A stretch of DNA of 64,000 nucleotides from Candidatus Yonathbacteria bacterium RIFOXYD1_FULL_52_36. GTDB lineage: Bacteria > Patescibacteriota > Minisyncoccia > Phycocordibacterales > UBA1539_B. Shown in pieces: positions 19,658 through 29,700 of the stretch. The DNA is taken from NCBI GenBank assembly GCA_001823605.1, contig MHUZ01000034.1, positions 38,589 to 102,588 on the forward strand. The letters run 5' to 3'. Below the pieces are notes generated by a model. It had not been told where the DNA came from. It saw only the letters and a list, made by a program, of their open reading frames with translations, and did not search any database. The stretch's first letter is position 1. Every line of letters starts with the position of its first letter. Both the position numbers and the translations under genes were made by a program.

Positions 19658-20272
19658 TTAGCCGCGTACTTCGAGTAGGGTTCCGCGTCGTCCCGGAAGA
19701 GCACCTGAGATAAGCATCTTGCCGCCTTCCGCATCAACCGCAAGAACAGTAAGTTCCTTGACCGTTACCCGATCAGCTCCCATACGCCCTGCCATTCTGC
19801 GTCCCTTGAAAACGCGCTGTGGTCCTGTTGCACCGATCGAACCCGGCTCACGCTCTGAGTGCTTCTGGCCGTGCGAACGCGGACCTCCATGGAATCCATG
19901 GCGCTTGACCACTCCCTGGAATCCTTTACCTTTCGTGATTCCTGAAACAGCGACTTTATCTCCCGGCGCAAAAACGCCTGCATCGATCACTGCACCGCGC
20001 TCATACTTTCCTGCTTCTCCCGCATCAACGCGAAACTCGCGAACGAAACGGAACGAGCCGAGATCTTTCCATGCACCCTTCTGTGCTTTTCCGAGGTTCT
20101 TGTCTGCTTTTGTTCCCATGCCAACCTGTACGGCAGTATACCCGTCGCGTTCAGTCGTGCGAATATCCGACACTTTGTTGGGGGTAGCAGTAATGAGCGT
20201 CGCGGCATATGCTTTGCCGGTCTGGTCGAAAAACTGAACCATTTCTTCTTTTGTTCCGAGAATGAATTTCAT
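19658..20272 (-). CDS. rplC: 50S ribosomal protein L3
   Basis: GITKGKGFQGVVKRHGFHGGP... Confidence 0.9.
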   Translation of the reverse strand: MKFILGTKEEMVQFFDQTGKAYAATLITATPNKVSDIRTTERDGYTAVQVGMGTKADKNLGKAQKGAWKDLGSFRFVREFRVDAGEAGKYERGAVIDAGVFAPGDKVAVSGITKGKGFQGVVKRHGFHGGPRSHGQKHSEREPGSIGATGPQRVFKGRRMAGRMGADRVTVKELTVLAVDAEGGKMLISGALPGRRGTLLEVRG

Positions 20273-20364
20273 ATCTGTTTTCTGAAGCGTCCTTTCGGTA
20301 GCTTACAAGTCCCCTAACGCCTTCCAAAAATGGAGGTCGTCAGGAGACCTAAAGCCGCCCAAAG

Positions 20365-20724
20365 CTACATCATCTTCACGTCAATGCTTACGCCTGAAGG
20401 AAGTGAGAGATTGGTAAGCGATTCAATGACCTTAGGCATCGGGTTCAAGATATCAATCAATCGCTTGTGAATTCGTATTTCGAACTGTTCTCGCGCGTTC
20501 TTGTATACGAATGCTGCACGGTTGACGGTGTATTTCTTGATCTCCGTAGGGAGCGGGATGGGGCCGAGGATCTTTGCATCGTAGCGAAGTGCCGTATCCA
20601 TGATCTGGCGCACTGAAGCGTCCAAGATCTTGCTGTCATACGCACGCACACGAATGCGAAGCTTGTGGGCAACATCCTTTTCTTTTGCCGGTTTTGTTTT
20701 TGTTTTTTTCTCTGCAACAGTCAT
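20365..20724 (-). CDS. rpsJ: 30S ribosomal protein S10 with N-terminal extension
   Basis: HKLRIRVRAYDSKILDASVRQI...PIPLPTE. Confidence 0.9.
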   Translation of the reverse strand: MTVAEKKTKTKPAKEKDVAHKLRIRVRAYDSKILDASVRQIMDTALRYDAKILGPIPLPTEIKKYTVNRAAFVYKNAREQFEIRIHKRLIDILNPMPKVIESLTNLSLPSGVSIDVKMM

Positions 20725-20747
20725 TGTAGGGTAGATAAGGGGGAACG

Positions 20748-21941
20748 TTATGCGACGATCTTTGAGACCACGCCGGCGCCGATTGTCTTGCCACCCTCAC
20801 GGATCGCGAAACGCTGCTTCTCTTCAAGGGCGACCGGGGCGATGAGCTTCACCTTAAAGGTGATCGTGTCGCCTGGCATAACCATCTGCACGCCGTCGGG
20901 GAGGGTAACCTCGCCCGTAACGTCAGCGGTGCGGATGTAGAACTGAGGCTTGTAGCCGTTCATAAATGGGCTGTGGCGGCCACCTTCGTCTTTGTTGAGG
21001 ATGTATACCTCAGCTTCGAAGTCGGTGTGCGGCTTTACAGTACCCGGCTTTGCGATAACCTGACCACGGGTGATGTCCTCCTTTTTGATACCACGGATGA
21101 GGATGCCGGCATTGTCGCCTGCCATACCTTCCGTAAGCGTCTTGTTGAACATTTCGATACCCGTAACGGTTGACTTCATCGCATCCTTGAAACCAAGGAT
21201 CTCGATTTCTTCACCAACCTTTACGATACCGCGCTCGATCTTGCCGGTAACCACCGTACCACGTCCTTCGATCGAGAATACGTCTTCAACCGGCATAATG
21301 AACGGTTTGGTCGTATCGCGCTCAGGGACCGGAATGAAGTCATCGAGAGCCTGCACGAGGTCAAGGACCTTCTTTGCCCACTCGTCGTCAGCAGACTTTG
21401 CCTCGAGAGCTTTGAGGGCTGAACCGCGGATAACCGGGGCATTCTTGCCGTCAAATTCGTTCTTAGTAAGGAGCTCGCGGATTTCTTCTTCCACGAGGTC
21501 GATCATGTCCGGATCATCAACCATATCACACTTGTTGAGGAACACGATGATGCGAGGGACGCCAACCTGACGTGCAAGAAGGATGTGCTCGCGTGTCTGG
21601 GGCATTGCACCGTCAGTTGCAGCAACCACGATGATCGCACCGTCCATCTGTGCTGCGCCGGTGATCATGTTCTTGATGTAGTCGGCGTGGCCCGGAGCGT
21701 CGATGTGCGCGTAGTGGCGCGTATCGCTTTCGTACTCGTTGTGCGAGAGCGCAATAGTGATTCCGCGTGCCTTTTCTTCAGGTGCGGAGTCAATCTGACT
21801 AACTGACTTCATCTTGACCGTCTTTCCTGCCAAGCTCAACACATGGAGGATCGCGGCGGTAAGAGTCGTCTTGCCGTGGTCAACGTGGCCGATAGTACCA
21901 ACGTTTACGTGCGGCTTGGAACGCTTAAATTCTTCTGCCAT
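20748..21941 (-). CDS. tuf: elongation factor Tu
   Basis: [45 protein letters not shown]. Confidence 0.95.
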   Translation of the reverse strand: MAEEFKRSKPHVNVGTIGHVDHGKTTLTAAILHVLSLAGKTVKMKSVSQIDSAPEEKARGITIALSHNEYESDTRHYAHIDAPGHADYIKNMITGAAQMDGAIIVVAATDGAMPQTREHILLARQVGVPRIIVFLNKCDMVDDPDMIDLVEEEIRELLTKNEFDGKNAPVIRGSALKALEAKSADDEWAKKVLDLVQALDDFIPVPERDTTKPFIMPVEDVFSIEGRGTVVTGKIERGIVKVGEEIEILGFKDAMKSTVTGIEMFNKTLTEGMAGDNAGILIRGIKKEDITRGQVIAKPGTVKPHTDFEAEVYILNKDEGGRHSPFMNGYKPQFYIRTADVTGEVTLPDGVQMVMPGDTITFKVKLIAPVALEEKQRFAIREGGKTIGAGVVSKIVA

Positions 21942-22185
21942 AAGAATAATAGGCTGTGAGAAAACGTCGAAAGATGAGTGCGCGAGAACACTCCCTCATC
22001 CCTCGTCGCTTTCCGCGAGCGCAATGAATTAGTTACTAAAAAGAAAAGCACCGGACAGCTCTCCGTTTAAGACAAAAACAAAAAGCGGAATGCACATCCG
22101 ATATGGGGGCTATAGTATCAGAACGCGGGATTAAGTCAAGCGATTATGGGCCGGTCAACCCCTGAGAAACCCTCGGCGGGCAAAA

Positions 22186-22212
22186 AGAAACCCCGCACAG
22201 GGCGGGGTTCGG
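22186..22212 (-). terminator. rho-independent terminator of the 22232-22750 gene
   Basis: CCCCGC-ACAGG-GCGGGG followed by a T-tract on the minus strand. Confidence 0.6.
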
Positions 22213-22231
22213 TTCTTGGCTGAACAAAAGA

Positions 22232-22750
22232 TCAGGGCGTAAGGTCGATAGCCTTGGTCTGATTGCGCGGAATAAGGATCAATGCCCGTTCGCCAGGTTC
22301 ATTGACCCCTTCTTTTGCGGCAAGCCGTGCCAGAAGGTGGTTTGGATTCAGCCGTTCTGACGGAGCGCGAGTGCATGGAACTTCATACACACAGAGATCG
22401 AACCCCGCGAACGGCGATAGGGCATGGAAAAACTCATATCCCGCATCACCACACAAGGTTTTTGCAACATCACGCTCCTTAGAATCACAGTCGGAAAGGT
22501 ATGTGCGAATATGGCTATCCTGCTGGTCGAAATTAGTAAAAAAATCAACCCAGGGAACATATTCCCCTCTGACAAGATCCATCACCCGCTCATAGTAATC
22601 CTCTCGAGTGGTGTTGTTTTTCCGTAAAATGAAAATTTCATCCTCGCGAGAAAACAATGTTTTCTCAGCCATCGCGGCACGGACCATGAGGTATAACGCA
22701 CCCTCACAACGACCTTGCTGATTCAATACCACCATTGCATTCTTTGGCAT
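22232..22750 (-). CDS. hypothetical protein (172 aa), inserted between tuf and fusA
   Basis: Intact ORF with its own terminator. No family recognised from sequence. Confidence 0.5.
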   Translation of the reverse strand: MPKNAMVVLNQQGRCEGALYLMVRAAMAEKTLFSREDEIFILRKNNTTREDYYERVMDLVRGEYVPWVDFFTNFDQQDSHIRTYLSDCDSKERDVAKTLCGDAGYEFFHALSPFAGFDLCVYEVPCTRAPSERLNPNHLLARLAAKEGVNEPGERALILIPRNQTKAIDLTP

Positions 22751-22822
22751 CTCATACGTCCTCCCTTACAAGTTCATGGAATGTACAACAAAAAACTGTC
22801 GCGCAGTGTACAACAAAAAATC

Positions 22823-23305
22823 CTATTGCGCAAGCTTTGCCCCAAAAATCTTATTGTAGAGCCACGATCCAACGCACCAGTGAGTGGTCGCCATAAGCCC
22901 CGCCGCGACAATATAGCCGACCCCAAAGCCATATCCCCAGGTAGTAGCGCCCACAAAAAACGAATACGTGGCACCAATGAGGAACGCTGCGCCAAGGGCG
23001 CACGCAAAGCGCTTCTGAGGCGGTGCAGGCGGGAGCTTCGGCGTTCGAAACAGCTTGTAAAATAAGGTGTTATAGAGGACATCCACTGGCTGTCCTTTTG
23101 GGAAAATAGTCCCCAAAATTCCAAAAATGCTGAGTACCGCAAAGACCTCCCAGCTCCCCAAAACCATACCGACGACGACACCAACACTGCACACTGTCGG
23201 TGTGAACCGGAGTGGTAGATTGAGTCTAATTTTCTCTTCAGTTGAAAACGCTGTATACCCCTGTGCATCAAGATGCGCGCACGTGCGTGGTGAAATTGTG
23301 TTCAT
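22823..23305 (-). CDS. hypothetical polytopic membrane protein (DUF4395-like)
   Basis: 160-aa ORF with 4 predicted TM helices. The alternative overlapping frame 22774-23271 was judged less protein-like. Confidence 0.45.
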   Translation of the reverse strand: MNTISPRTCAHLDAQGYTAFSTEEKIRLNLPLRFTPTVCSVGVVVGMVLGSWEVFAVLSIFGILGTIFPKGQPVDVLYNTLFYKLFRTPKLPPAPPQKRFACALGAAFLIGATYSFFVGATTWGYGFGVGYIVAAGLMATTHWCVGSWLYNKIFGAKLAQ

Positions 23306-23368
23306 TGTTTAATTGTAACAGAGAACCCGCGCAAGTGCGCGGGTTTTGAACTACGGCTTCTGTAATTA

Positions 23369-23540
23369 TTACTTCAGCACTTTCTGAGGAATATTCTCCG
23401 GAGGGATTTCCCCGAGAATCTCTCTTTTGAGCTTCCGAAGTTGCGCTATCGTATGATTGCATGCGCTGAGGGCACTCTGAAGCTCTGAGCGCACGTCGTG
23501 GCCATTCTTAGGGGTAGTAGAGTTTCGTGACACACCCATC
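23369..23540 (-). CDS. small hypothetical protein (57 aa) with strong RBS
   Basis: AAGGAGGT 6-8 nt upstream of ATG at 23540. Reads MGVSRNSTTPKNGHDVRSELQSALSACNHTIAQLRKLKREILGEIPPENIPQKVLK. Confidence 0.45.
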
Positions 23541-23642
23541 GAGAAACCTCCTTTCGTAATGATCCTCACCCAGCGTACCATGCGGTAACGAAAAAACCAC
23601 ACCTTTTCAGATGTGGTTTTTTCGTTCTAAGGAACAAGATGA

Positions 23643-25685
23643 TTATTTGCGTGCTTCGATGATCGTCTGCGCTACGTTCGTAGGAACGATCTCGTAGTGA
23701 TCGAATTCCATCGTGAAACTTGCGCGACCTTCGGTCATTGAGCGGAGCGACGTAATGTAGCCGAACATTTCCGAAAGAGGAACCTTCGCCTTCACCACTT
23801 TGTACATGCCGCGCTCTTCCATACCTTCGATCTGTCCGCGCTTCGATGAGAGGTTGCCGGTAACATCACCCATGAACTGGTCCGGAGTAACCACCTCAAC
23901 CTTCATGACTGGCTCGAGAATGACCGGAGACGCTTTGCGTGCTGCCTCCTGCAGTGCCTGTGCTGCGGCGATCTTGAACGCAATTTCTGAAGAGTCCACT
24001 TCGTGGAATGAACCGTCGTAGAGCTCTACTGAAATATCAACGAGGTTGTAGCCGGCAAGAATACCGCGCTCCATTCCTTCCTTGAGACCTTTTTCGATCG
24101 GTGAGATGTATTCCTGCGGAATGACGCCTCCTTTGATGCTGTTGATGAATTCAAAACCCTGCTCACGCTTAACGTTCTTTGCGACTGTCTCTCCCTCAGC
24201 GAGGGGTACAAGAGGCTTCATGCGGATCTTCACGTGACCGTACTGACCGCGACCACCGGACTGCTTGATGTACTTGTTTTCCACCTCAGCTTCTTTGGTG
24301 ATGGTTTCTTTGTAGGCCACTTGAGGACGACCAACATTCGTCTCAACGCTAAACTCGCGCTTCATGCGATCAACGAGAATTTCGAGGTGCAATTCACCCA
24401 TTCCCCAAATAACCGTCTCGGCTGTTTCTGCGTTGGTGGTAATGCGGAACGTCGGGTCTTCGTCTGAAAGGCGCTTAAGTGCCATACCCATTTTTTCCTG
24501 GTCTGCTTTTGTCTTTGCGTTCTTGAGACCTACCGCTGCGGCGATATCGCCAGCAAAAACTTTCTTCACTTCCTCGCGCTGGTCTGCCTGAAGGCGCACA
24601 ATGCGGGAAAGGCGTTCCTTTTCCCCGGTTGTTGAGTTGTAAATATATGAACCAGCTTCAAGTGTCCCTGAGTACACACGGAAGAAGGTGAGTTGTCCGA
24701 CGAACGGATCTGACTGGAGCTTGAAGGCGAGTGCAGAGAACGGTTCTGTGTCTGATGCATGGCGCTCGATCGGCTCATCAGTGCGCGGATCAGTACCTTT
24801 CATTGCCTGAATATCCATCGGAGAAGGAAGGTAATCTACCACGGCATCAAGCACGAGCTGAACACCTTTGTTCTTGAGCGCTGTTCCGGTGAATACAGGA
24901 AATATCGCATTCGCAATGACTGCCTTGCGGAGCGTAGCCTTTAGTTTATCCATGGGGATCACGCCTCCGGCGAGGTACTCATTCATGAGCGTCTCGTCGT
25001 TCTCAACGATCTTTTCGATGAGTTCTGCGCGATACTTCTCTGCATCAGCGAGCATGTTCTCTGGAACCTCTCCCTCAATGATCTGCTCGCCCATTTTACC
25101 GTCGTGGCGGTATGACTTCATTTTGAGAAGATCCACAACCCCTTCGAAGTCGCCTTCAGCGCCGATCGGCAGCTGCATGCGAACCGCATTCTTATTCAAG
25201 CGGTCAAGAATGCTCTGGAACGAACGCTCGAATGATGCACCCGTACGATCAAGCTTGTTGATGAAACAAATGCGTGGCACCTGAGCCTCGTCGGCATAGC
25301 GCCAGTTGGTCTCTGACTGAGGCTCAACACCGGCAACACCGTCAAATACCACCACGGCACCGTCGAGGACGCGGAGCGAACGCTTCACCTCCACGGTAAA
25401 GTCAATGTGTCCCGGCGTGTCGATAATATTGAAACGATACTTCGTCTTTGCAGGATCGTCGGTCTTTGTCCAAAAACAGCTCACAGCAGCGGCGGTAATG
25501 GTGATACCGCGCTCGCGCTCTTGTTCCATCCAGTCGGTGACCGTCTCACCTTCGTGAACCTCGCCGATCTTGTGCGTCATCCCCGTGTAGAAGAGGATAC
25601 GCTCTGAAGTGGTTGTCTTTCCTGCGTCAATGTGGGCAATGATCCCAAAATTGCGCAACATTTCCAATGGGTAGTCTCGTTCCAT
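23643..25685 (-). CDS. fusA: elongation factor G
   Basis: [27 protein letters not shown] and all five EF-G domains. Confidence 0.95.
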   Translation of the reverse strand: MERDYPLEMLRNFGIIAHIDAGKTTTSERILFYTGMTHKIGEVHEGETVTDWMEQERERGITITAAAVSCFWTKTDDPAKTKYRFNIIDTPGHIDFTVEVKRSLRVLDGAVVVFDGVAGVEPQSETNWRYADEAQVPRICFINKLDRTGASFERSFQSILDRLNKNAVRMQLPIGAEGDFEGVVDLLKMKSYRHDGKMGEQIIEGEVPENMLADAEKYRAELIEKIVENDETLMNEYLAGGVIPMDKLKATLRKAVIANAIFPVFTGTALKNKGVQLVLDAVVDYLPSPMDIQAMKGTDPRTDEPIERHASDTEPFSALAFKLQSDPFVGQLTFFRVYSGTLEAGSYIYNSTTGEKERLSRIVRLQADQREEVKKVFAGDIAAAVGLKNAKTKADQEKMGMALKRLSDEDPTFRITTNAETAETVIWGMGELHLEILVDRMKREFSVETNVGRPQVAYKETITKEAEVENKYIKQSGGRGQYGHVKIRMKPLVPLAEGETVAKNVKREQGFEFINSIKGGVIPQEYISPIEKGLKEGMERGILAGYNLVDISVELYDGSFHEVDSSEIAFKIAAAQALQEAARKASPVILEPVMKVEVVTPDQFMGDVTGNLSSKRGQIEGMEERGMYKVVKAKVPLSEMFGYITSLRSMTEGRASFTMEFDHYEIVPTNVAQTIIEARK

Positions 25686-25882
25686 AAATTACTTTGTAAA
25701 ATATTTTAAATTAAAGTTTTTCGGTGGGACACCATCTCAGATCAAGGCGCGTTATTTTGGGTACTCTCCCAACAACGAGCTTCTGTTTTTACGAAAGACT
25801 CACGGAGCGCGGCGGCGCGAGTGTAAGAAAAATTCAGTAGAATTTTATCTGTGTCTTTCGTAAAGACAGAAACGAGCGCCAA

Positions 25883-26353
25883 CTACCAGGCGAAGTGCGC
25901 AAAGGCTTTGTTCGCCTCTGCCATCTTGTGCGTGTTGTCACGCTTCTTGATCGCCTCGCCTTCGTTCTTGCTTGCGGCAATGAGCTCATCAGCGAGCTTC
26001 ATGTGCATAGGCGTTCCTTTTTTTGAACGTGCCGCCTCAAGGATCCAGCGCATCGCAAGTGCCAAACGGCGCTCGGTGCGCACCTCGCGAGGAACGAGAT
26101 AGTTTGCCCCACCAACGCGGCGTGAGCGGATCTCAACGATCGGGCCTGCATTCTTGAGCGCGAGCTCAAAAACCTCAAGCGGATCTTCCGTCTTGAGCTT
26201 CTCTTTGATCACATCAAATGAACCGTACACGATCTTGCGTGCGGTGTTCTTTTTACCCTCTTTCATCACATGGTTGATGAATTTCTCCACCTTCATGGAA
26301 TCATGAATGAGATCAGGTTTTACGATGTTTCGGTTTTTTACGGGTCGACGCAT
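25883..26353 (-). CDS. rpsG: 30S ribosomal protein S7
   Basis: S7 family. Position between rpsL and fusA. Confidence 0.9.
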   Translation of the reverse strand: MRRPVKNRNIVKPDLIHDSMKVEKFINHVMKEGKKNTARKIVYGSFDVIKEKLKTEDPLEVFELALKNAGPIVEIRSRRVGGANYLVPREVRTERRLALAMRWILEAARSKKGTPMHMKLADELIAASKNEGEAIKKRDNTHKMAEANKAFAHFAW

Positions 26354-26358
26354 ATGAA

Positions 26359-26781
26359 TTACTTCTTAACTGCCTTAGGGCGCTTATTACCATAGAGTGA
26401 GCGGCCCTTGCGGCGCTTCTCGACACCAGCGGTATCGAGTACACCACGCACGATGTGGTAGCGCACACCGCCCAAGTCTTTGACGCGACCTCCGCGAATG
26501 ACCACTACTGAGTGTTCCTGGAGGTTGTGTCCCATTCCTGGAATGTAGGCGGTAACTTCCATACCGTTCGTCAAACGAACGCGGGCAATCTTACGGAGTG
26601 CCGAGTTCGGCTTTTTCGGCGTGGTGGTAGTAACCTTGGTGCATACTCCGCGCTTGAACGGTGCTGAGTAGTGTACGGGACGATTCTGAAGAGTATTGAA
26701 TCCGCGGCGCAAAGCAACAGAACGCGATTTTTTGATCGGGCTCTTGCGATTCTTGCGAACAAGCTGATTAAGTGTTGCCAT
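26359..26781 (-). CDS. rpsL: 30S ribosomal protein S12
   Basis: [10 protein letters not shown]...[13 protein letters not shown]...[20 protein letters not shown]. Confidence 0.9.
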   Translation of the reverse strand: MATLNQLVRKNRKSPIKKSRSVALRRGFNTLQNRPVHYSAPFKRGVCTKVTTTTPKKPNSALRKIARVRLTNGMEVTAYIPGMGHNLQEHSVVVIRGGRVKDLGGVRYHIVRGVLDTAGVEKRRKGRSLYGNKRPKAVKK

Positions 26782-26885
26782 GTGGTGTATTCAAAAGAAA
26801 ATGCCGCCGAAAAGGCAGTGAGGACACTCTACTATGAGGGAGAGAAAAATGCAAGCATCGAGAGGCGGCAATTACTCGTGCGCGC

Positions 26886-27503
26886 CTATAGGGGAAGTGC
26901 TGTTCCGGCGAACAATGCAAAGATGAAGCGCGTAGCAGGGATAACGATCACCCCCGCAAATAAAATGACCGGAATAATAAGGACGTACCAGTACTGTTCC
27001 ATGGTTTCCTCAATGTGCCTAAACTGCACGGGAAGGACCGCAAAGAGCACTTTTGCCCCGTCGAGTGGAGGCACCGGAAGAAGGTTGAACACCGCGAGAA
27101 GCGCGTTCACAAATACAATGATCGCGGAGATCTCAATGAATGCCGGTGGAAGCCCCGCACCGAACCGTATGATCATCCCAAAAACAAAGGCCAGAAGCAG
27201 GTTGGCGAGCACCCCGGCCGCGCCTACGAGAGCCGTCCCCCACCGTTGATTCCTTAGATTGTAAGGGTTGTACGGCACCGGCTTTGCCCAGCCAAACAAT
27301 ATGTTTGAGTGCATGAGCACCAATGTTGCCGGCAAAATGACCGACCCCAACGGGTCAATGTGGGGCAAAGGGTTGAGCGTAAGCCGTCCGGCAAGGCGCG
27401 CGGTCGGATCGCCCAGAATATTCGCCATATATCCGTGGGAAACCTCGTGGATCACCACAGACATAATGAGCACGAGCACATAAAAGATGATATCTGCTTG
27501 CAT
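26886..27503 (-). CDS. site-2 protease family (peptidase M50) zinc metalloprotease
   Basis: HEVSHG HExxH motif inside TM helices. Start at MQADIIFYVLVL. Confidence 0.7.
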   Translation of the reverse strand: MQADIIFYVLVLIMSVVIHEVSHGYMANILGDPTARLAGRLTLNPLPHIDPLGSVILPATLVLMHSNILFGWAKPVPYNPYNLRNQRWGTALVGAAGVLANLLLAFVFGMIIRFGAGLPPAFIEISAIIVFVNALLAVFNLLPVPPLDGAKVLFAVLPVQFRHIEETMEQYWYVLIIPVILFAGVIVIPATRFIFALFAGTALPL

Positions 27504-27534
27504 AATATACCGCTTATGATACCATACGCGGACT

Positions 27535-27768
27535 ATGGCGAAAACATGTCCCATCTGTGATAAAGGTTCCCGCGTCGTTGGCGGATACTCAAACCGCGTT
27601 CGCGCAACCAAGTTCAACCCGACCGGCAAGCGTCGCGTTCACCCCAACCTTCAGTGGGCTCCCCTCTCTGACGGCACTCGCATGAAAATGTGTACCCGCT
27701 GCATGAAGGCAGGCAAGCACCTCGAGGTGAAAGTGAAGGCTCCCAAGAAATCTGTCGTAGCAGCGTAA
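27535..27768 (+). CDS. rpmB: 50S ribosomal protein L28
   Basis: 77 aa with CPICDK...CTRC zinc ribbon and an L28-like core (NRVRATKFNPTGKRRVHPNLQ). Confidence 0.75.
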   Translation: MAKTCPICDKGSRVVGGYSNRVRATKFNPTGKRRVHPNLQWAPLSDGTRMKMCTRCMKAGKHLEVKVKAPKKSVVAA

Positions 27769-27787
27769 TATCTAAGAAAATCAATCA

Positions 27788-27820
27788 AATCAAACGGCTC
27801 ACCCAAGGTGAGCCGTTTGA
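27788..27820. repeat. AACGGCTCA-family palindromic terminator (copy c) 3' of rpmB
   Basis: ATCAAACGGCTCACC-CAA-GGTGAGCCGTTTGAT. Confidence 0.85.
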
Positions 27821-27828
27821 TTTTCAAT

Positions 27829-27853
27829 AAAAAGCGGGGCAATACCCCGCTTT
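27829..27853 (-). terminator. rho-independent terminator of the 27881-28183 gene, convergent with copy c
   Basis: AAAGCGGGG-CAATA-CCCCGCTTT plus T-tract on the minus strand. Confidence 0.6.
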
Positions 27854-27880
27854 GATATATGTTTGACAGTGCGTAAGGGT

Positions 27881-28183
27881 TTAAACCTTCACCTTCGCCT
27901 CATTTTCTTCTGCGTGTTGTATTGCCCCATTGTTTTCTAAATAGTTCCAAGCAAGCTCGTCGGGGGTCGGCTCACGGCCGAGCTTCTTTCCGGTGACATA
28001 TACATTAAAGGGGCTTAGAACCTTCTCCACCTGCATCTGCAGATACTCTTCGCCGCTGATCGTGGGATCATCAGCCAGCTTATTCATAGACACCTCCATA
28101 CAGTGGAATACTACACCTAAGCACGGTACTTCTGTCGATGAGTATATTCCTCCCGCTACTAAATTCAACTCAAGGCTGTGCAT
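27881..28183 (-). CDS. small hypothetical protein
   Basis: ORF with a downstream terminator. True start possibly at the internal Met (MEVSMNKLADD...). Confidence 0.4.
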   Translation of the reverse strand: MHSLELNLVAGGIYSSTEVPCLGVVFHCMEVSMNKLADDPTISGEEYLQMQVEKVLSPFNVYVTGKKLGREPTPDELAWNYLENNGAIQHAEENEAKVKV

Positions 28184-28186
28184 AAC

Positions 28187-29041
28187 TTATCGCACCCGCC
28201 AGATAGTTTTTCCGTCGCTTTTAAAAATGATCGTGCCTTGATCGGCGGTGTTTAAAACTTCGATGTCTGCTTCTTGAAATGTATCGAGAGTTTCCTTGTG
28301 GGGATGGCCATAGGAATTGTTGCTGCCGGAAGAGATGACTGCCGTCTGTGGACTGACTGCCGCAACAAATTCCGGAACACTCGACGTGCGCGAGCCATGA
28401 TGTCCTGCTTTTAAAATATCGCTGTTGACCTTCTCTCCGTCGAGCACGAGCACGTATTGTTCTATCTCGTCCGGTGCATCACCTGGAAACATCACGGACG
28501 TATCGCCGTAGATCAATCGCCCCACGATCGAGCCGGTGTTGGTCGTAACGCCTGAAACATCTCGATCGGGGAACAGCACTTCAAAGTGCGCGCCGCCCCC
28601 AAGGTCGATCACGGTCCCGCGCCGTGCCACGATACGCGTAGCATGGGTGTCTCCTTTTTGTTTCAGAGCCTCATACACGCCGGATGCGCCGATGGTTCCC
28701 GGCTCTACCACCGCGCCGATCCCATACCGCTCAAGAAGCGGAATGAATCCGGCAATATGATCCTTGTCCGGATTTGAAACAAGGATCACATTCACGGTGC
28801 GGTCAAAGAACGGCATCACCTCTGCAAGCGAACGGAGCATCCCACGGTCGGGTCCGCCGTCGATCAACATATCGCCACCGCCCGGCGCACGCACATAGAT
28901 CGCGTCCCCTTGTCCCACGTCGAGAAACGCAATGGTGAGGAGACGCGCATCAGCGCGATACGCTAGATACTGCCATCCAACAAGCGCACAAAAAATACTT
29001 CCCCCAATAACGAAAGCGGTGATCCGGTACGCATTCTTCAT
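28187..29041 (-). CDS. ComEC/Rec2-related metallo-beta-lactamase domain protein, encoded separately from the channel part
   Basis: N-terminal TM then LDVGQGDAIYVRAPGGGDMLIDGG and HHGS motifs of the ComEC C-terminal lactamase_B domain. Confidence 0.8.
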   Translation of the reverse strand: MKNAYRITAFVIGGSIFCALVGWQYLAYRADARLLTIAFLDVGQGDAIYVRAPGGGDMLIDGGPDRGMLRSLAEVMPFFDRTVNVILVSNPDKDHIAGFIPLLERYGIGAVVEPGTIGASGVYEALKQKGDTHATRIVARRGTVIDLGGGAHFEVLFPDRDVSGVTTNTGSIVGRLIYGDTSVMFPGDAPDEIEQYVLVLDGEKVNSDILKAGHHGSRTSSVPEFVAAVSPQTAVISSGSNNSYGHPHKETLDTFQEADIEVLNTADQGTIIFKSDGKTIWRVR

Positions 29042-29043
29042 TC

Positions 29044-29700
29044 ATGAATGGTACAATGCGACGTATGAGCGAAGCAACTATTGAAATGATCATCATCGCC
29101 GCAAGCTACGGCGGCATATTCCTCATGATGATCTTGAATGGCGCGGTAAGCTTCCCCTCAAGTCAGGTCCTCTACATTTTGGTGGGGTACTTCATTGCGC
29201 GCGGAGACCTCGCGCTTGTGCCCGCGGTCATTGCAGGCAGCATCGGCAACATGATCGGCAATATGATCCTCTACGAGATCGCGCGACGCAAGGGCATCGA
29301 GTACATCACGCGCTTCAAACTCTTCCCTCCCGAGATCACTCGTCGCACTGAGATCGCATTCAAAAAACGCGGGGCGTGGTTTGTCTTTGTGGGGAAACTG
29401 CTTCCTGCGATCAAAGTGTTCGTGCCGATCCCTGCCGGTATCGGCAAAATGCACCGCGGGCTTTTTGCTGCGATCATGGTCGTTGCTACGAGTATTTGGG
29501 TACTTCCCTTCACTGCTGTGGGATACTACTTCGGAAAATCGCGTGATGTCTTTGGCGCATACGCATTCGTGCTTCTTGCGATCGCGATCGTGGTCGTCGC
29601 ACTCTTCTTCCGTTATTTAAAGAGCAGTGATGTGGAGCGAGAACTCACCGCACTCGACGAGGGAGAGAGTCGCCACACCAACACGCCGAGTGCTCCGTAG
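29044..29700 (+). CDS. DedA/SNARE-associated family membrane protein
   Basis: Polytopic membrane protein with DedA-like layout. 3' end overlaps the convergent comEC channel gene by 88 nt. Confidence 0.7.
   Translation: MNGTMRRMSEATIEMIIIAASYGGIFLMMILNGAVSFPSSQVLYILVGYFIARGDLALVPAVIAGSIGNMIGNMILYEIARRKGIEYITRFKLFPPEITRRTEIAFKKRGAWFVFVGKLLPAIKVFVPIPAGIGKMHRGLFAAIMVVATSIWVLPFTAVGYYFGKSRDVFGAYAFVLLAIAIVVVALFFRYLKSSDVERELTALDEGESRHTNTPSAP

Noticed and set aside
22774-23271. Alternative 165-aa minus-strand frame overlapping the DUF4395-like gene
   Set aside because: Overlaps the more membrane-protein-like 22823-23305 frame and only one of the two can be real. It is basic and Ser/Arg-rich, like a shadow ORF.
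23324-23347. Perfect 10-bp hairpin AACCCGCGCA-AG-TGCGCGGGTT as a terminator for the small minus-strand gene
   Set aside because: The U-tract is on the plus side only and there is no plus-strand gene upstream, so its function is unclear. Not called as a terminator.
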